Positions 25,309 to 39,858 of a stretch of DNA of 64,000 nt are shown here, piece after piece (positions within the stretch are counted from its first letter, which is position 1; every line of letters starts with the position of its first letter). The notes below the pieces were generated by a model. It was not told where the DNA came from. It worked only from the letters and a program-made list of their open reading frames with translations, and ran no database searches. Source of the DNA: Octopus vulgaris (lineage: Eukaryota); contig OX597823.1 of NCBI GenBank assembly GCA_951406725.2, positions 78,306,001 through 78,370,000 of the forward strand, read 5' to 3'. Position numbers and translations under genes: made by a program.

Positions 25309-26092
25309 AAAACAATATTCAATAAAGCAACACCATGCTACAATGAATCCCTGAAAGTGAGTGGGTTTCAAAAATAGGAATACTTATCCAAAACCTCACA
25401 AACAAGCCATAAACCAAAGAAGTCCATTAAGAAGGAACACCACAAGGTGAAACCTGCCCATTAGCCTAAATGTAGGGAGCAATGTGGCAAAACACCTTCT
25501 AAATATGATTCACCAAGAAACTCTTTAATAAATCAAAAAAACACAAGCTACTATATAGAAACAACGTGAAAGTTAGCTACAGCCGCACAAAGATAAAACA
25601 AACAAAACATCCTATCTAAGTCATAAGCAAAAACATATGTTAAAACTCACAGCCACATCCAAAACAGATACAACTACAATGAATCCAATCTTCATCTTTA
25701 AAGCAGAAATAATCAAAAATGTAAACTGCATGGCTGCAGTATTACAAGGAGGGTAAAGTATCAAAAAATAAATTGGAGTCCCAAACAAAAATTTCAAGGC
25801 CAGATGTACATACCTTCCTATATATATATATATGTGTGTGTGTGTTTGTGTATACCCAGATATTAGTACAAATACAACATCTTTGTCAATACATATTTGG
25901 GATTTAAAAGAGAATATTATAAATGTCAACTGGACAATAATAGGTATCACCAACACTTACATAAATTATTCCATGATGTGTCCCCTATACACTAATGGAA
26001 AGTATAATATACCACTGTACCTAAGATGCTTGTTCAACAAGGGAACAAAATTGGTATCATGCTGTGGAACCCATGATAAATTTGCTTTTTAG
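25309..26092 (+). pseudogene. Degraded Penelope-like element: RT thumb/linker and GIY-YIG endonuclease region
   Basis: Segments KTIFNKATPCYNESLKVSGF; *NLPISLNVGSNVAKHLLNMI (cf. WFNPPFS.NV.TN.GK.FL); IGVPNKNFKAR; NTTSLSIHIWDLKE...VNWTII...MCPL; LFNKGTKLVSCC (cf. LLNKR.EL.S.CRH). Stops, frameshifts and a microsatellite interrupt it. Confidence 0.75.
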
Positions 26093-27582
26093 CAGTGGTT
26101 GGAGCTATAAGCCCCTGGTAATGCAACAGCAGCAGAAATAACAGTGAAGGCACAACAATCTGAACAGAAATATAACATCAATACATATTAGCCCATGAAA
26201 GAGAAAAGTAGTTTAGAGACCCCATGCATAATAACACAACTGGATCACCACAATATCTAATACATTTTTAGACTTCAGATAAAAAAAATAATACAATTTA
26301 TGACTAATTTGACAGAAGAATAACTTGAAAATGGAACAACTAACAAATATATCACAAACTTAATTAGCTACCTCAGATACAAAATATCAACTTTAGCAAA
26401 ATGAGATATGAATGACATAACCAAGAGGCAGATATATGAGAATCATTAAACCAACGTATCATTAAGCTGTAAACAAATAACCAACCCAAGCGAGAGAGGA
26501 AACAGCTTAGAAAAATAACATGAGATTATGCAATAGACAGAGAAAATGATTGCTGAATTGGCCAATGAGAAATGATATACAGATAAACAATTTTAGAAGA
26601 AAATAAGAACAGGATCTGAAAAACGATATATAGATAAACAACAGTGGAACTGATCAATAGAAGAACAGAATAATCAATGCATATAACAAAGACATCTTTA
26701 GCAACCTCAAATAGAAAATCACTTTTTATTAAGTAGACAGAATGGCAGCTTAGAAAAACAGGTTGAGATCACGCAATAGACAAGCAGAGACTGAATGACT
26801 ACTGACTTGGCTAATGAGAAAAGATACACTGATTAAAAATTTCAGAAAAACACGAGATGATTTAAAACTAAAAATTGATATACAAGCATTAGCAACACCA
26901 ACTCATGGAAAACCCAAAACAGTCGGTAATATATTTAAAATATATTTAGTGTCCTCAAATAAGAAATCAGAATCTTTGAACTAGGGAGAATGACAGGTTT
27001 GACAGAACAGGATGTAAATGATGTAATCATGAGGCTAGCACACAGTAACTACTGAACCAACCGATGAACAAGGGCTAATCAAATAATTCACATAAAACAT
27101 AACACAGATTAGGAAACAGGATATAATTACATAATAGATAAGCAGAGAGAAAAATAACGGTAAAACGACCAATGGCAAAGGATATTCAGAGAAATTAGAA
27201 ATAGCATAATATAAAAAAAATATACAGATGAACATCAATAGAGTTTACCTGTAAGAAATCTAGGAAAGCCAATGAAATGGCAAATGAACCAATAACCATA
27301 AAAAGCAGTCTAATTGATCAACATTGGAAAACAGGTAATATAAACAATAGACATAGAGAAAAGAAAGAACCTGCTCTGTTGTTTATAAAACTAGTCTAAA
27401 TGCTGAAAGAGTATTAAAGATCAGAGTACAAGACTGGTACTTTATCTATTAACTCAGAAAAGAAGAAAAGCAAAGCTGAGCTTGGTAGGATTTCAATTCA
27501 TAGTGCAGAAATCTATAGCAATTATTTCTAAGCAGTCTGTTAAATGGTCTAACAACTCTGCTGCTCTAAAAGTACATATGTA

Positions 27583-27700
<118 letters not shown>

Positions 27701-27764
27701 TATGCATACACATGTACATATATATATGCACACACACACACACACATATATATATAGACATGCA

Positions 27765-27811
<47 letters not shown>

Positions 27812-28497
27812 CATATATGTATATAGATAAATAGACAGATACTTTTCAAGTCATTCTCTGGGCTGGTAGCTTTGTGCTGGTTACGCTATAATGAGGATGT
27901 CAATTAAAATTTCAGAGTCATTAGTACTAACGATATTTCTCCTCATTATGGGTATAATTTTGATTGATTAAAAATCATCTGCTCACTACATTAAGTATAT
28001 TAACCTGCACTTAACTATGCGCTCTTCATGTAGACTGCCCCTTTGGGGAATTTTCCAGCATCGTTATTTCAGATTACCTAATTAATAAATTGTTTATGCT
28101 CTGTCGTATAATTCCATACAAATTTTGTCTATTTAAGATATCAAACTTTACTCCCTTGCCTCTTATGTCGTAACTTCTTAATGCTAATGACTTTTTTTTT
28201 CCTTTATATTATCATCAATATACTTCCAGTTAACGTAGAACCATTTTCAGTTCACCTCATTAATTTGTACTTGAGTAAATAAATGCTTATTTAACTGCCT
28301 GAACTGAAGTATTAAAGCATTGTAGCATCTAGTTCTGGCATTTTACACTCCAAGTTCAAATCCCACACAGGACATGTATGCTTTTTTTGTCTTTTCAGGG
28401 ATGATAAAATAAAGTAGTACTCAAATTCTAAGATTGACATGATCAAGTAAAATTCCTCCACTCAAAATTGTTGATGTTGTGCCTAAATTGCAAACAA

Positions 28498-28499
28498 TT

Positions 28500-28545
<46 letters not shown>

Positions 28546-28552
28546 CCATCAC

Positions 28553-28603
<51 letters not shown>

Positions 28604-28653
28604 TATTATTATTATTATGATTATTATGATTATTATCATCATTATCATTATTA
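28498..28653. repeat. Compound (ATC)n and (ATT)n microsatellite
   Basis: Seen directly. Confidence 0.95.
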
Positions 28654-28683
28654 TGTTTTGAAAGGATTGATGCTCTTTGTATT

Positions 28684-28900
28684 AGAATTGTTAGCACGCC
28701 GGGCAAAATGCTTAGCAGTATTTCGTCTACCATTACTTTCTGAGTTTAAATTCTGCCAAGGTCAACTTTGCCTTTCATCCTTTCAGGGGTCGATAAATTA
28801 AGTACCAGTTATGCACTGGGGTCGATGTAATCGACTTAATCTGTTTGTCTGTCCTTGTTTTTCCCTTCTGTGTGTAGCGCCTTGTGGGCAGTAAAGAAAT
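28684..28900 (+). mobile_element. SINE family A followed by a second degraded copy (to about 29085)
   Basis: Homology to 6402-6635; the head agaattgttagca.gcc.ggcaaaatgct is repeated at 28902. Confidence 0.75.
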
Positions 28901-29112
28901 AAGAATTGTTAGCATGCCAGGCAAAATGCTCAGTGACACATCATGTCTTTACACTGAGAAAAAATTCCTGATTTTACTTCCCTTCATTTTGGAGTTGATA
29001 AAATTAGTACCATTTGAGCACTGGGATCGGCATAATCAACTTAAACTCTTTGTGAAAACTGCTAGCCTTGTACCAAAATTTGAAACCATTATTATCATTA
29101 TCATTATTATTT

Positions 29113-29335
29113 AAGATGTCGCATAGTATCCAATATTGTGATATTGTTGTTTGAAGATATTGTGTCTACTGGGGGTTTGTACTGTCTGTCAAGTCATGGC
29201 AAGGACCTCAGACTGACAGTATTTAACACAATATGCATGAAGTTCCAAGTAATGCCAATTTTTGCAATACATCTAGATTGTATGGTATTTCTAAAGTTTC
29301 CAGATGTTTCTTCAGCTTGGGTGGCATTGAACCCA
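29113..29335 (-). mobile_element. R4/Dong-like (RLE-type) non-LTR retrotransposon 3' end
   Basis: Minus strand reads GSMPPKLKKHLETLEIPYNLDVLQKLALLGTSCILC*ILSV* (cf. LQK.ALLGTA.ILR.VL); the 3' end abuts a (TAA)n-like tract. Confidence 0.7.
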
Positions 29336-29722
29336 TTCAATTTTGTTTCCATGTCTTGGCAAGTGTCATCCTGACACGTAGGGCAAAAAACTCACTGTAT
29401 ACAATTATTGTGAACATTATTATTATTATTATTAACATTATTATTATTACTATTATAGTTATTATTATTCAGGCAGAAATGTTAGTGCACTGAAGTGCTT
29501 AGTGGCATTTTGTTCACTTTCATGTTCTGAGTTCAAAATACACCTTTCATCTTTTTGGAGTTGATAAATTAAGCACTAGTGAAACATTGGGGTCGATGTA
29601 ATCAACTGGTCCACTCCCCACAAGTTTGAGGGCTTGTGCTTCCAGTAGAAAGGATTATTATTATTATTATTGTTATCATTCAGTAGTTTTATTTTTATAG
29701 CGTGCTTTCACTTCACTTATTA

Positions 29723-29788
<66 letters not shown>

Positions 29789-30384
29789 TTGAGTGAGCGA
29801 GCAGAGCATGCCATCAAAGTGACACTGGGGTAAAATATACGAAGCCCAGTATACCCATCATGACTACCCGTCTGATAAGGGTACACCAGGCACATGCATC
29901 ACAACCATATGTGCGCGACATGGTGATCTCATATCAAGATAAACAGCACATGACCTTGCAGGTGGAGCCCAGTTAGAATTTTCTTCAGATCGAGTAACCC
30001 ATCCCGCTCAAAAGGTCCCTGAATAAGGGTTGTTTAAAGACGTTGAACGAAACACCCATGTTTCCAGAGGTGAATTATTCAAACCCCAAAGAATCCTTCT
30101 CAACACATGGCTATGATGCTCCCCCACTACTTCTGCTCGTGATCAGAGATGCACATATCGTCAGCCACTAAGGGACATGCTCAACTGGTTAAGGTCAAAC
30201 AACTGACAAGCAAATCTGTGGTATTGAGCAGAATATTTGCTGTAGCCCATCTTTTATACCAAGACAAAACAATGTACGTGATAACACTTCCAATCAGTTA
30301 AGATCAGAAGCCATGAGAGCCACTGTCTGGTACTGCATCAGGGCATTTATTACTGCATCAGGGCATTTATTACTGCATCAGGGC

Positions 30385-30390
<6 letters not shown>
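29789..30390. repeat. Dispersed repeat (family E) embedded in (TTA)n, ending in three 20-bp tandem units
   Basis: An inverted diverged copy lies at 60425-60750; tactgcatcagggcatttat x3 at 30331-30390. Confidence 0.75.
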
Positions 30391-30436
<46 letters not shown>

Positions 30437-30515
30437 GTATGTATGTAATTCTAATTGGAACAAACAAAACAATCATCTGAAATGTATGTATTCATGTGTT
30501 CTTTTGTCTCTTCAG

Positions 30516-30645
30516 ATGAAGGTTGCCCTCATGCAGTGGTAAGAATATACTCCAACTCTCATGCAATTAAGCCAGATCAGGAGCTCTGTGGTTCATGGAA
30601 ACAAGGATATTCCTATGTAGTAAAATCCCACGCCATAAAATTGAG
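30516..30645 (+). CDS. Internal coding exon, middle of the same CUB domain
   Basis: cttttgtctcttcag acceptor; AG|gtaag donor. The phase-1 join gives A+AT = Asn. Reads NEGCPHAVVRIYSNSHAIKPDQELCGSWKQGYSYVVKSHAIKLR, with the second CUB Cys pair C...LCG. Confidence 0.88.
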
Positions 30646-30732
30646 GTAAGGGCCAATTAATTACACAGTCTCTGGATTTTCTTTTCTTTATTATTTCCCA
30701 TTTTACAAACTTGATTTTTTCCTATTTACTTA

Positions 30733-30789
<57 letters not shown>

Positions 30790-31201
30790 GCATGTATGTA
30801 ATATACCCTGTATATAAACTGTATATAATATATATATATATATACACACACACATATATATATATACACACACACATATATATATATACACACACACATA
30901 TATATACATATATATAAATATATATATAATCCTCTCTGTTTTCCTCGCATACTGTTTTTCTCTGTTATCTTGGTGCGGTACGGTGGATAAATTTAAGACT
31001 TTAGCTCTTATTTCTAGCAGGTGGATGCTTGTTAAGGATCCTTACTCTTTGTACAAATTTATAATTCATAGCTATTTAATGCTATTGTGCCTGCGATCCA
31101 CCTATGTCAATGCTGGTGATATTATCAATCTTTTGCTTTTGTATATATATATATATATTTATATATATATAAATATATATATATACATATATATATATAT
31201 A

Positions 31202-31446
31202 TCATCATCATCGTTTAATGTCCATTTTCCATGCTAGCATGGGTTGGACGGTTCAACTGGGGTCTGGGAAGCCAGTAGGCTGAGGCAGGCTCTAGTCTGA
31301 TCTGGCAGTGTTTCTACAGCTGGATGCCCTTTCTAACGCCAACCAATCCGTGAGTGAGTGTAGTGGGTGCTTTTTACGTGCCACCTGCACAGGTGCCAGA
31401 CGAGGCTGGCAAACGGCCACGATTGGATGGTGCTTTTTACGTGCCA
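31202..31446 (-). mobile_element. RTE-LINE 3' UTR-derived repeat
   Basis: Reverse complement of 53931-54100. Confidence 0.75.
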
Positions 31447-31542
31447 ATATCATTACTGAATATTGTGTATATGTTTGTGTATGTGAAAATTCTATTTGTA
31501 TGTGTATGTATTTGCCCATTTGTATGTATATGTAAATCTATC

Positions 31543-31580
<38 letters not shown>

Positions 31581-31599
31581 GAATTTATTTATATATGCA

Positions 31600-31987
31600 A
31601 CATGACACTCCGTCGGTTACAATGGGAGTTCCAGTTGATCCGATCAGTGGAACAGCCAACATGTGAAATTAACATGCAAGTGGCTGAGAACTCCACAGAC
31701 ATGTGTACCCATAACGTAGTCCTCAGGAAGATTCAGCATGACACAGAGTGTGATATGGCTGGCCCTTCAAAATACAGGTACAACAGAAACAGGGCGAAAG
31801 AGTGAGAGAAAGTTGTTGTGAAAGAGTGCAGCAGGATTCGCCCCCCACCCCCACATCGCCAGAGACTCATGGAGCTTTTAGATATTTTCGCTCAATAAAC
31901 AATTACAACAACCGGTCTGGGAATCAGGACCACAATCATTCAACCACGAGTCCATATTGCCCTAATTACTGGGCCATTCTGCCTCCA
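31600..31987 (-). mobile_element. tRNA-derived SINE family D
   Basis: Minus-strand head ggaggcagaatggcccagtaattagggc; body shared with 38320-38701 and 56790-57078. Confidence 0.7.
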
Positions 31988-31988
31988 G

Positions 31989-32045
<57 letters not shown>

Positions 32046-32521
32046 TTGTATGTATGATGTATATAATATATATATATGAATGTATGTATAATATATGATA
32101 TATATAATAGATATACATGTATGTATAATGCATGATGTATATGATATATATATATTATATACATATGTATATATATGTGTGTGTATCTATGTATGATTTT
32201 TATATATTTATGTATTGATATATATTATATATCATATATGTATATATATATATATGTATGTATATATATATATATGTATGTATGTATGTATGTTTTTGTT
32301 GCCAACAGAAATTGGTGTTCCCTGAACTTTTTCCAAGCCATATTTATTCTAGCTACTGTATTTTTGGAACACCTACGCCGCTGGTAATCATGTCACCTAG
32401 GTAACATAAGCCATCACCTGCCTCTAAGGGGACATGAATACATGGATATATTTACATAGTAATCCTTGTGTGTGCATGTTTATGTATATATATATATATA
32501 TATATATTTATTTATTGATAA

Positions 32522-32574
<53 letters not shown>

Positions 32575-35255
32575 ATAAATATTAACCACTAGCTCTCTAT
32601 TTTCCTCTCTTAATTTAATACGGATTATATACTTAATTATACCCATTGATTTAGGGACATTTTATTTCCCAGTGATATAAGGTATAGAACCAGTATTTTC
32701 TTGGATGTAATCATCCCTTCAAGGGGTTAATATATCCTCTAATTAACTTAAATATATACAGGAGCACAGGTAAATTTATGTAATCTTGCAAGCTTTGTAG
32801 AATTGCAGCAGTGCTGGAGAGTTGTCTTTGATTATTATTCTGGCTTTTTGCCTGTTAAGCTCTGGTCCTGTCGTGTTCAACTTTGCTTCTCATCCATTTG
32901 GATTTGACGGATGAAGTGCTAATCATGTAGTGCAGCCAATGTGATTGAGTGCTCCCTCTCTCATTGAACTTCTAGCATTGTGACTATGTTGGGAGTGCTT
33001 TTTGTATATTAACAGATATATGAGTGTATAAGCGTCAATGATAATATAGATGCATTAACAATGACATCTACCAGCACCATCTGAATCCAGATACATATGC
33101 AATGCCATCACAGAGTGTGTGTGTAAATGTATATAAATGATTATATTGGTGTGTGTGTGTAGGCACAGGCTTGGCTGTGTGGTAAGAAGGTCGCTTCCCA
33201 ACCTCGAGTAAGACTTACTCTCATTCACTCACACTCACAGACATACACTCATTCATTCAATTTCACATAGCCATACACTCACACACACTAATCTGAAAAT
33301 AATATAAATGCAATAATAAAACTGAGAACATCCAGTTTAAATTCACTCTCAGATGTGGGCATACCATCGAAGAGGTTGCAAAGGGCAATGAAAGGATTCT
33401 GATAGACCAACATGTTGATTAATTGATCAAACAATTAGTCAAAACATTGGATAGTTTATTGGTTAATTGGTTAACTTGGTGAGTACCTCAACAGCAAGAT
33501 AACTATTCATTCTCTCTATTATACTTTAATCTCTTGTCACTTGGCATAAAGCCACCCCACTAAATACTACTTGTCCATTAACTGAGGTGGATGGAGCTTG
33601 TCATGTGAGTTATTTGGTGACCTCACTAGTGCTAGTGGCACATAAAGAACCCAGTACACTTTGTAAAGTAGTTGGTGTTAGGAAGGACATCCAGTTGTAG
33701 AAACCATGCCAAAGCAGACACCAAGGCTTGGTGTAGTCATCTCACTCACCAGCTCCTATCAAACAGTCCATCCCATGCCAGCATTCAAAATGGATGTTAA
33801 ACAATGATGATGATGATGATGATGATGATGACGACGACAACAACGACTATTTGAGATCAAACCAGTGTAAGAGGGCTTTCTACTCTGCAGCATCAGTGTA
33901 ATTGATCTCTTGTCCACAGGCTTATAACTATGGGATAGTCTTGTGGTCTTCGAACATTCTAAGAAGAAGGAGTGTTCATACAGTCCCTCCTTCCATGCCC
34001 ATTGAGCCACATGTGTAAATGAAATACTTACAACCTGATCTCAAAACTGTGATGTAGACTCAGGCCACAAGGAATTTGCCATCTGCTATATTGTAGTTGA
34101 TACATCTTTATCATTAGTATAATGGCTGTGTGGTTCAGAAGCTTCCTTTGCAGGTACATGGTTTTGGGTTCAGTCTCACTGTATGGTACCTTTGGCAAGT
34201 GTCTTCACTATGGCTCCAGGTCAACCGATGCTTCATGAGTGAATTTGGTTGATGGAAACTCTGTAGAAGACCATTGTATACATGTGTGTGTGTTAGTGTA
34301 TGCCCCCACCACCACCAACAACAACAACAACAGCAACCTCTTGGTAATTGGTTTAGTCTATTTACATCCCCATAATTAGCAATTTGGCAAAGCACCTAAA
34401 GATTAAGTAACAGGCTTTTTAAAATATTAGTCTAGAAACCATGCCAAATCAGACTGGAGTCTGGTGCAGCCCTCCAGCTTGCCAGCCTTGGTCAAACCAT
34501 CAAACCCATGCCAGCATGGATAATGGGCATTAAATGATGATGAAGTCCTGGGGTTGATTATTTAGCTAAACCCTTCCAGGTGTTGTTCCAGTATGGCCAA
34601 AGTCCAATGGCTGAAAAAAAAGTAAATAAAAAAGATATGTAACTTACACTGATGTCTTTGTTCCTTGCAATTATCCTGCACAGTGTGACAAGGTGGCTAT
34701 GAGTTTTAGTTTATTCTAGTTTATAACATTTTCAATATGAATTGATGAGGACACTTCTAAGAAGTTGCTAATCTTCTAGAAATAGCAACCAAATCACCTT
34801 TTGCCTTTCCCTTGGATAGTATCAGTGGCTTGGAGAGGGAACACTGGTATGGGTGGCTGACTGCTGGTCTTCCATAAAGAACCTTGCCCAGACTTGTGCC
34901 TCGGAGGGTAACTTTCTAGGTGCAATCCCATGGTCAGTCATGACCGGAGGGGGTCACAACATAAGTATGAATGGATGGAAAATGCGTATATATTTGGAAG
35001 TCATGATGGAGTACCGCCTTCTTGTATATGTACAGATATATATACATATATGAGAGACAGTGAAAGAAGTTATATATAATCATGATGAATCTTAAATTAT
35101 TTCCAACCTATATTCACTCGGAGAATGTCTGCAAATTTCTTCCTTTATTGAAATCTAGAAAATAAAAGAAGCAAATATAGCAGGAGCCTACGTTATCTTC
35201 GTGTGTATGTCTGTGTATCTCTGTGTGTATCTCTGTTTGTAATATATATTGTAAT

Positions 35256-35322
<67 letters not shown>

Positions 35323-37149
35323 TAGCATTTTGAATGTCTTTCCATTAATTTCTTATGCAAAACTTAGATGAAGCATAAATAGAAGTTTAGACTCCATTTT
35401 GATTGATACCCCAGGTAACAGAAGTCTAGAGGGAATAGAAAATACAAAGACGTTTTTGGAATATACTGTCTGACAATATAACATCAAGAACTATCAGTAG
35501 AATGGTTAATGTGCTAAAAGTTTCTCTGTAATAGATGGTGAGAGTACCAGGGGCAATTCTGTAAAAAGCATATAATTATCGAAAGAAAATTGCAAATGAA
35601 AGAAAACGAAGAAAAAGAATGAAAAAAACAGACAGTAAGAAGTGGTATGAAAAAAATTGTGAAGAAATTAAATCAAAGCACCATAATAAAAAAAAAATGG
35701 AATAATATTGGTGAAGGAGAAAGAGAAAAGTTCATGTTGCAGTTAAAATAAATTATATGGAAAGTATTAAATACCTAAGGGAATTTATATTTTTTATCGG
35801 AAGGGATTAGTTTATTTAAATCCTGGTATAGGAGCCACAAGAACAAATGGCAATCATTATAGATATGACCAGGGTTTTATGATAAATTCTGTGTTAACGA
35901 TTTCTCCGGTATTGGAATATAATAGAAAATAGATATATTCTAAAGTAATGTTTGATAACATGTTTAGTTCTTTTTTGTTTTTATTATTATTATTATTATT
36001 ATTATTTATCAAGTGGTTTAGCTGTAGGAATGATGACACTCAGCCACAAAAATTGATATGCAGATATTGAAGTTTGAAAACCTATTACAACCACACCATC
36101 GTATCGAAATTAATAGAAAAGAGTTTAAAGAAAATTATATCCTATTGGGAAATTGAGCAGAGTCAAAAATTTGCATTAGTCATAGAAAGGAGAATCGCAA
36201 CGACAGATCTAAGGTTCACAGAGAGAGAGAGAAAGAGAGAGAAGACAAAGTGCTACTAAAATTGGTAGACTAGTAATAGTTTGTATCATAAGATATATAT
36301 ATCCTAAACATATATATGTGTGTGTGCGTATAGATTTTATATGTGCTTGTGTGTATATATATATATATATGCACATATACACTCACATATATCTTGTACA
36401 TATATGCATATATATTTATGCACACATACACATATATGTATATACATATTTACATCTATATATATGTGTGTGTATATATACATATGTATGTATATACATA
36501 CGCATAATACATATATATATATCGGTATATATGTATATATGTGAATGTGTGTGTGAATTGATAAAGTAGTGGTGACTTGAGTTTCAAGATGAAGGGCAAT
36601 CACCCAAAATATTAGTCTCCATTGTGAGCATCTTCTCATTGCATACTAACATTAAGTTCATTTATTTGTATTTCCTAAGAAGATTTGATAATTTGCAGTG
36701 GAGCATTCATAGCAAAGCTTTAAATTCTCTACAGCCTGACATCTTAAACACTGCTCAAATTAGTGTACAATCAATATCAAAGACGATATCAATGAAAGAA
36801 GGGTATGTCCTTTTAGATTACCTCCAGGAGCAGCCAACTTTGACTGATTAAGTGATTTCTTATCCTCGTCTGTTTTATTAATAAAACAGAACTCTCAATT
36901 TGTAAAAGTATTACAAGAGTGGCCAGAGGGTTCTATAGAAAATTGGTTCATTTCAAATTTTTTAATTCAGTTCATTGGTTTTGACTGCAAAATTTCAGTA
37001 AAATGCAATTTTCCTCTGTCTGTTAGAAACTTGGGCAATGTATATAGCAATGGAGAAGATAGAAGCCTAGCTGTGAATCTTTTCCTGACTGGGTAGGATA
37101 TGCTGGAAAGTAAAGGTAACAAATGCTGCAGTACTAGAAAAGTGGTAAG

Positions 37150-37430
37150 TCCAAAGATAACTATGGTCAAGAACCAAGTCCACAAGCTGTCATATTTTGG
37201 ATATACCATATGCTTCAAGTCATTGCCCAAGGCAGTTCTGACAGGAATTGTGGAGAGGAAAATACCAAGAGCTTGTCAACGATGATTGTGAAATGGCAAC
37301 ATCAAAAGTGGACTAGAAACAAGAGCCTAGTTACTTGTACACATGCAGTACAACACAGGGGAAACTGTAGAGTCTGTGACAATCCAACCCCTTAACAAAG
37401 GAAGAGCTTCTAGCTACTGATTAATGATGG
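37150..37430 (+). mobile_element. RTE-clade LINE 3' ORF relic (second family)
   Basis: KLSYFGYT..KSLPKAVLTGIVERKIPRACQR...NIK.WT (cf. KL.YFGH..R...L.K.IL.G.VEG.R.RGR...W.DNIK.WT). Confidence 0.6.
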
Positions 37431-37454
37431 CTATTATTATATTTATTATTATTA

Positions 37455-37492
<38 letters not shown>

Positions 37493-37494
37493 TA

Positions 37495-38275
<781 letters not shown>

Positions 38276-38319
38276 TGGTGGTGGTGGTGGTGGTGGTAGC
38301 AATGTTGCTGCTGCTGTTT

Positions 38320-38701
38320 GTTTGTTGAGCGAAGCGGTCTTCATCCCAGTCCTCGCAAGATCGTGCCTCAGGAGAAGTCCGAAACATGGTCCTTTGCTAT
38401 TCTTAAGACCTGCAGAAGAGAAAGCAGGTCAACCCCTGACACCGAGAGCATCGACGGATGGATGAATGCGCATCCAGGCTCAGCGGTTGCATAAGAAGTC
38501 GGGGACAAGAAACAGGAAGAAAGAGTGAGAGAAAGTTGCAGCGAAAGAGTACAACAGGGGTCGCCACCACCCCCTGCTGGAGCCTCATGCAGCTTTAGGT
38601 GTTTTCGCTCAATAAACACACACAACGCCCAGTCTGGGAATCGAAACCGCGACCCTCCGACCGTGAGTCTGCTGCCCTAACCACTGGGCCATTGCGCCTC
38701 C
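38320..38701 (-). mobile_element. tRNA-derived SINE family D, well preserved
   Basis: Minus-strand head ggaggcgcaatggcccagtggttagggcagcagactcacggtcggagggtcgcggtttcgattccc (A and B boxes). Confidence 0.85.
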
Positions 38702-39644
38702 TGCTGCTGCTGTATCGCATTAATGCTGCTGCTGTTTACCAATTTAAGAGTGATTTCAGTGCATTGTACAAGATGTTAAGAATACATTTCAGAAAATGAT
38801 ATTTAAAGTAAATGAAAGAGAATGTTACTTTCTTTTTGGAATACAGGATGTTTAGGTATTTTCATAGCTAGTGGCAATGCATTAAAATATTATTTAATTT
38901 TAGATACATGTCTTCAATTTAGCACCAAAATTATGTTATTATAATTGATTTTGAAGACAAACAGATATGCTTCCGAGATCTTATTGACTTTGTGAGCTAA
39001 TATTTCTTGGCAGTAGTCTCGCAAAGAACAAAAAGATATAATTTTATTTTGAAGAGGGTTCTTCCCAATTTTTTAAGTTACAGACATGAGAGTCTTTTAA
39101 TATTAGCTTATAGTCTTTGATTCAGTTATTATACTGTATACACAAACAGAGCAGCTTCAGAAATTAGAATATAAAAAAAGTAGCAATGCGTTACAGCCTT
39201 ATGAGAAAAACCATGAATATTGCATGTTCTTATTCACTTGCTGAAATGAGTGTACATGTACCTGTATAAAGAATCGATATTTTGGTAAATACAGCCAGGG
39301 GTCTCTTAGCTTAATGGTAGAGAGTGCTAAGCCAGAACTTGAGAGGTACAGGGTTCAATTCACTGTAGAGGTTGCTGGGTGGTTTCGTTTTTTTTCTCTT
39401 TACCTGCATGAGTTGTACAGTATTGCTGTCTGGGAGTTGTCTTATGGTAGGGGAATAGTATTTAACTGCTATTTCTAAATTTCGGTATGTGGTGAAGCAA
39501 ATTTTGCTGAACCCTAATTATAATTATACATATAATTATAGAATTTTTGTATAAGGTTACAGATAATGGTTATTTTAACATACTGAACTACTTGGTAAAA
39601 TTATTAATTATTAATTGATTAAATTCATTTTAACCTTTATCATA

Positions 39645-39673
<29 letters not shown>

Positions 39674-39675
<2 letters not shown>

Positions 39676-39805
39676 CATCATCATCTTCATTTAATGTCCA
39701 CTTTCCATGCTAGCATGGGTTGGACGATTTGACTGAGGTCTAGCGAACCAGTCTGGTCCAACCCACACTAGCATGGAAAGCAGATGTTAAATGAAGATGA
39801 TGATG

Positions 39806-39809
<4 letters not shown>
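39674..39809. repeat. Short inverted repeat made of two RTE 3' tails
   Basis: atcatcatcatcttcatttaatgtccactttccatgctagcatgggttggac ... gtccaacccacactagcatggaaagcagatgttaaatgaagatgatgatgat. Confidence 0.8.

Positions 39810-39858
<49 letters not shown>

Noticed and set aside
30331-30390. Three 20-bp direct repeats, superficially CRISPR-like
   Set aside because: No spacers, eukaryotic context, end of a dispersed repeat.
38620-38701. tRNA-like sequence on the minus strand
   Set aside because: It is the head of a SINE with body homology to other copies; no closed acceptor stem.
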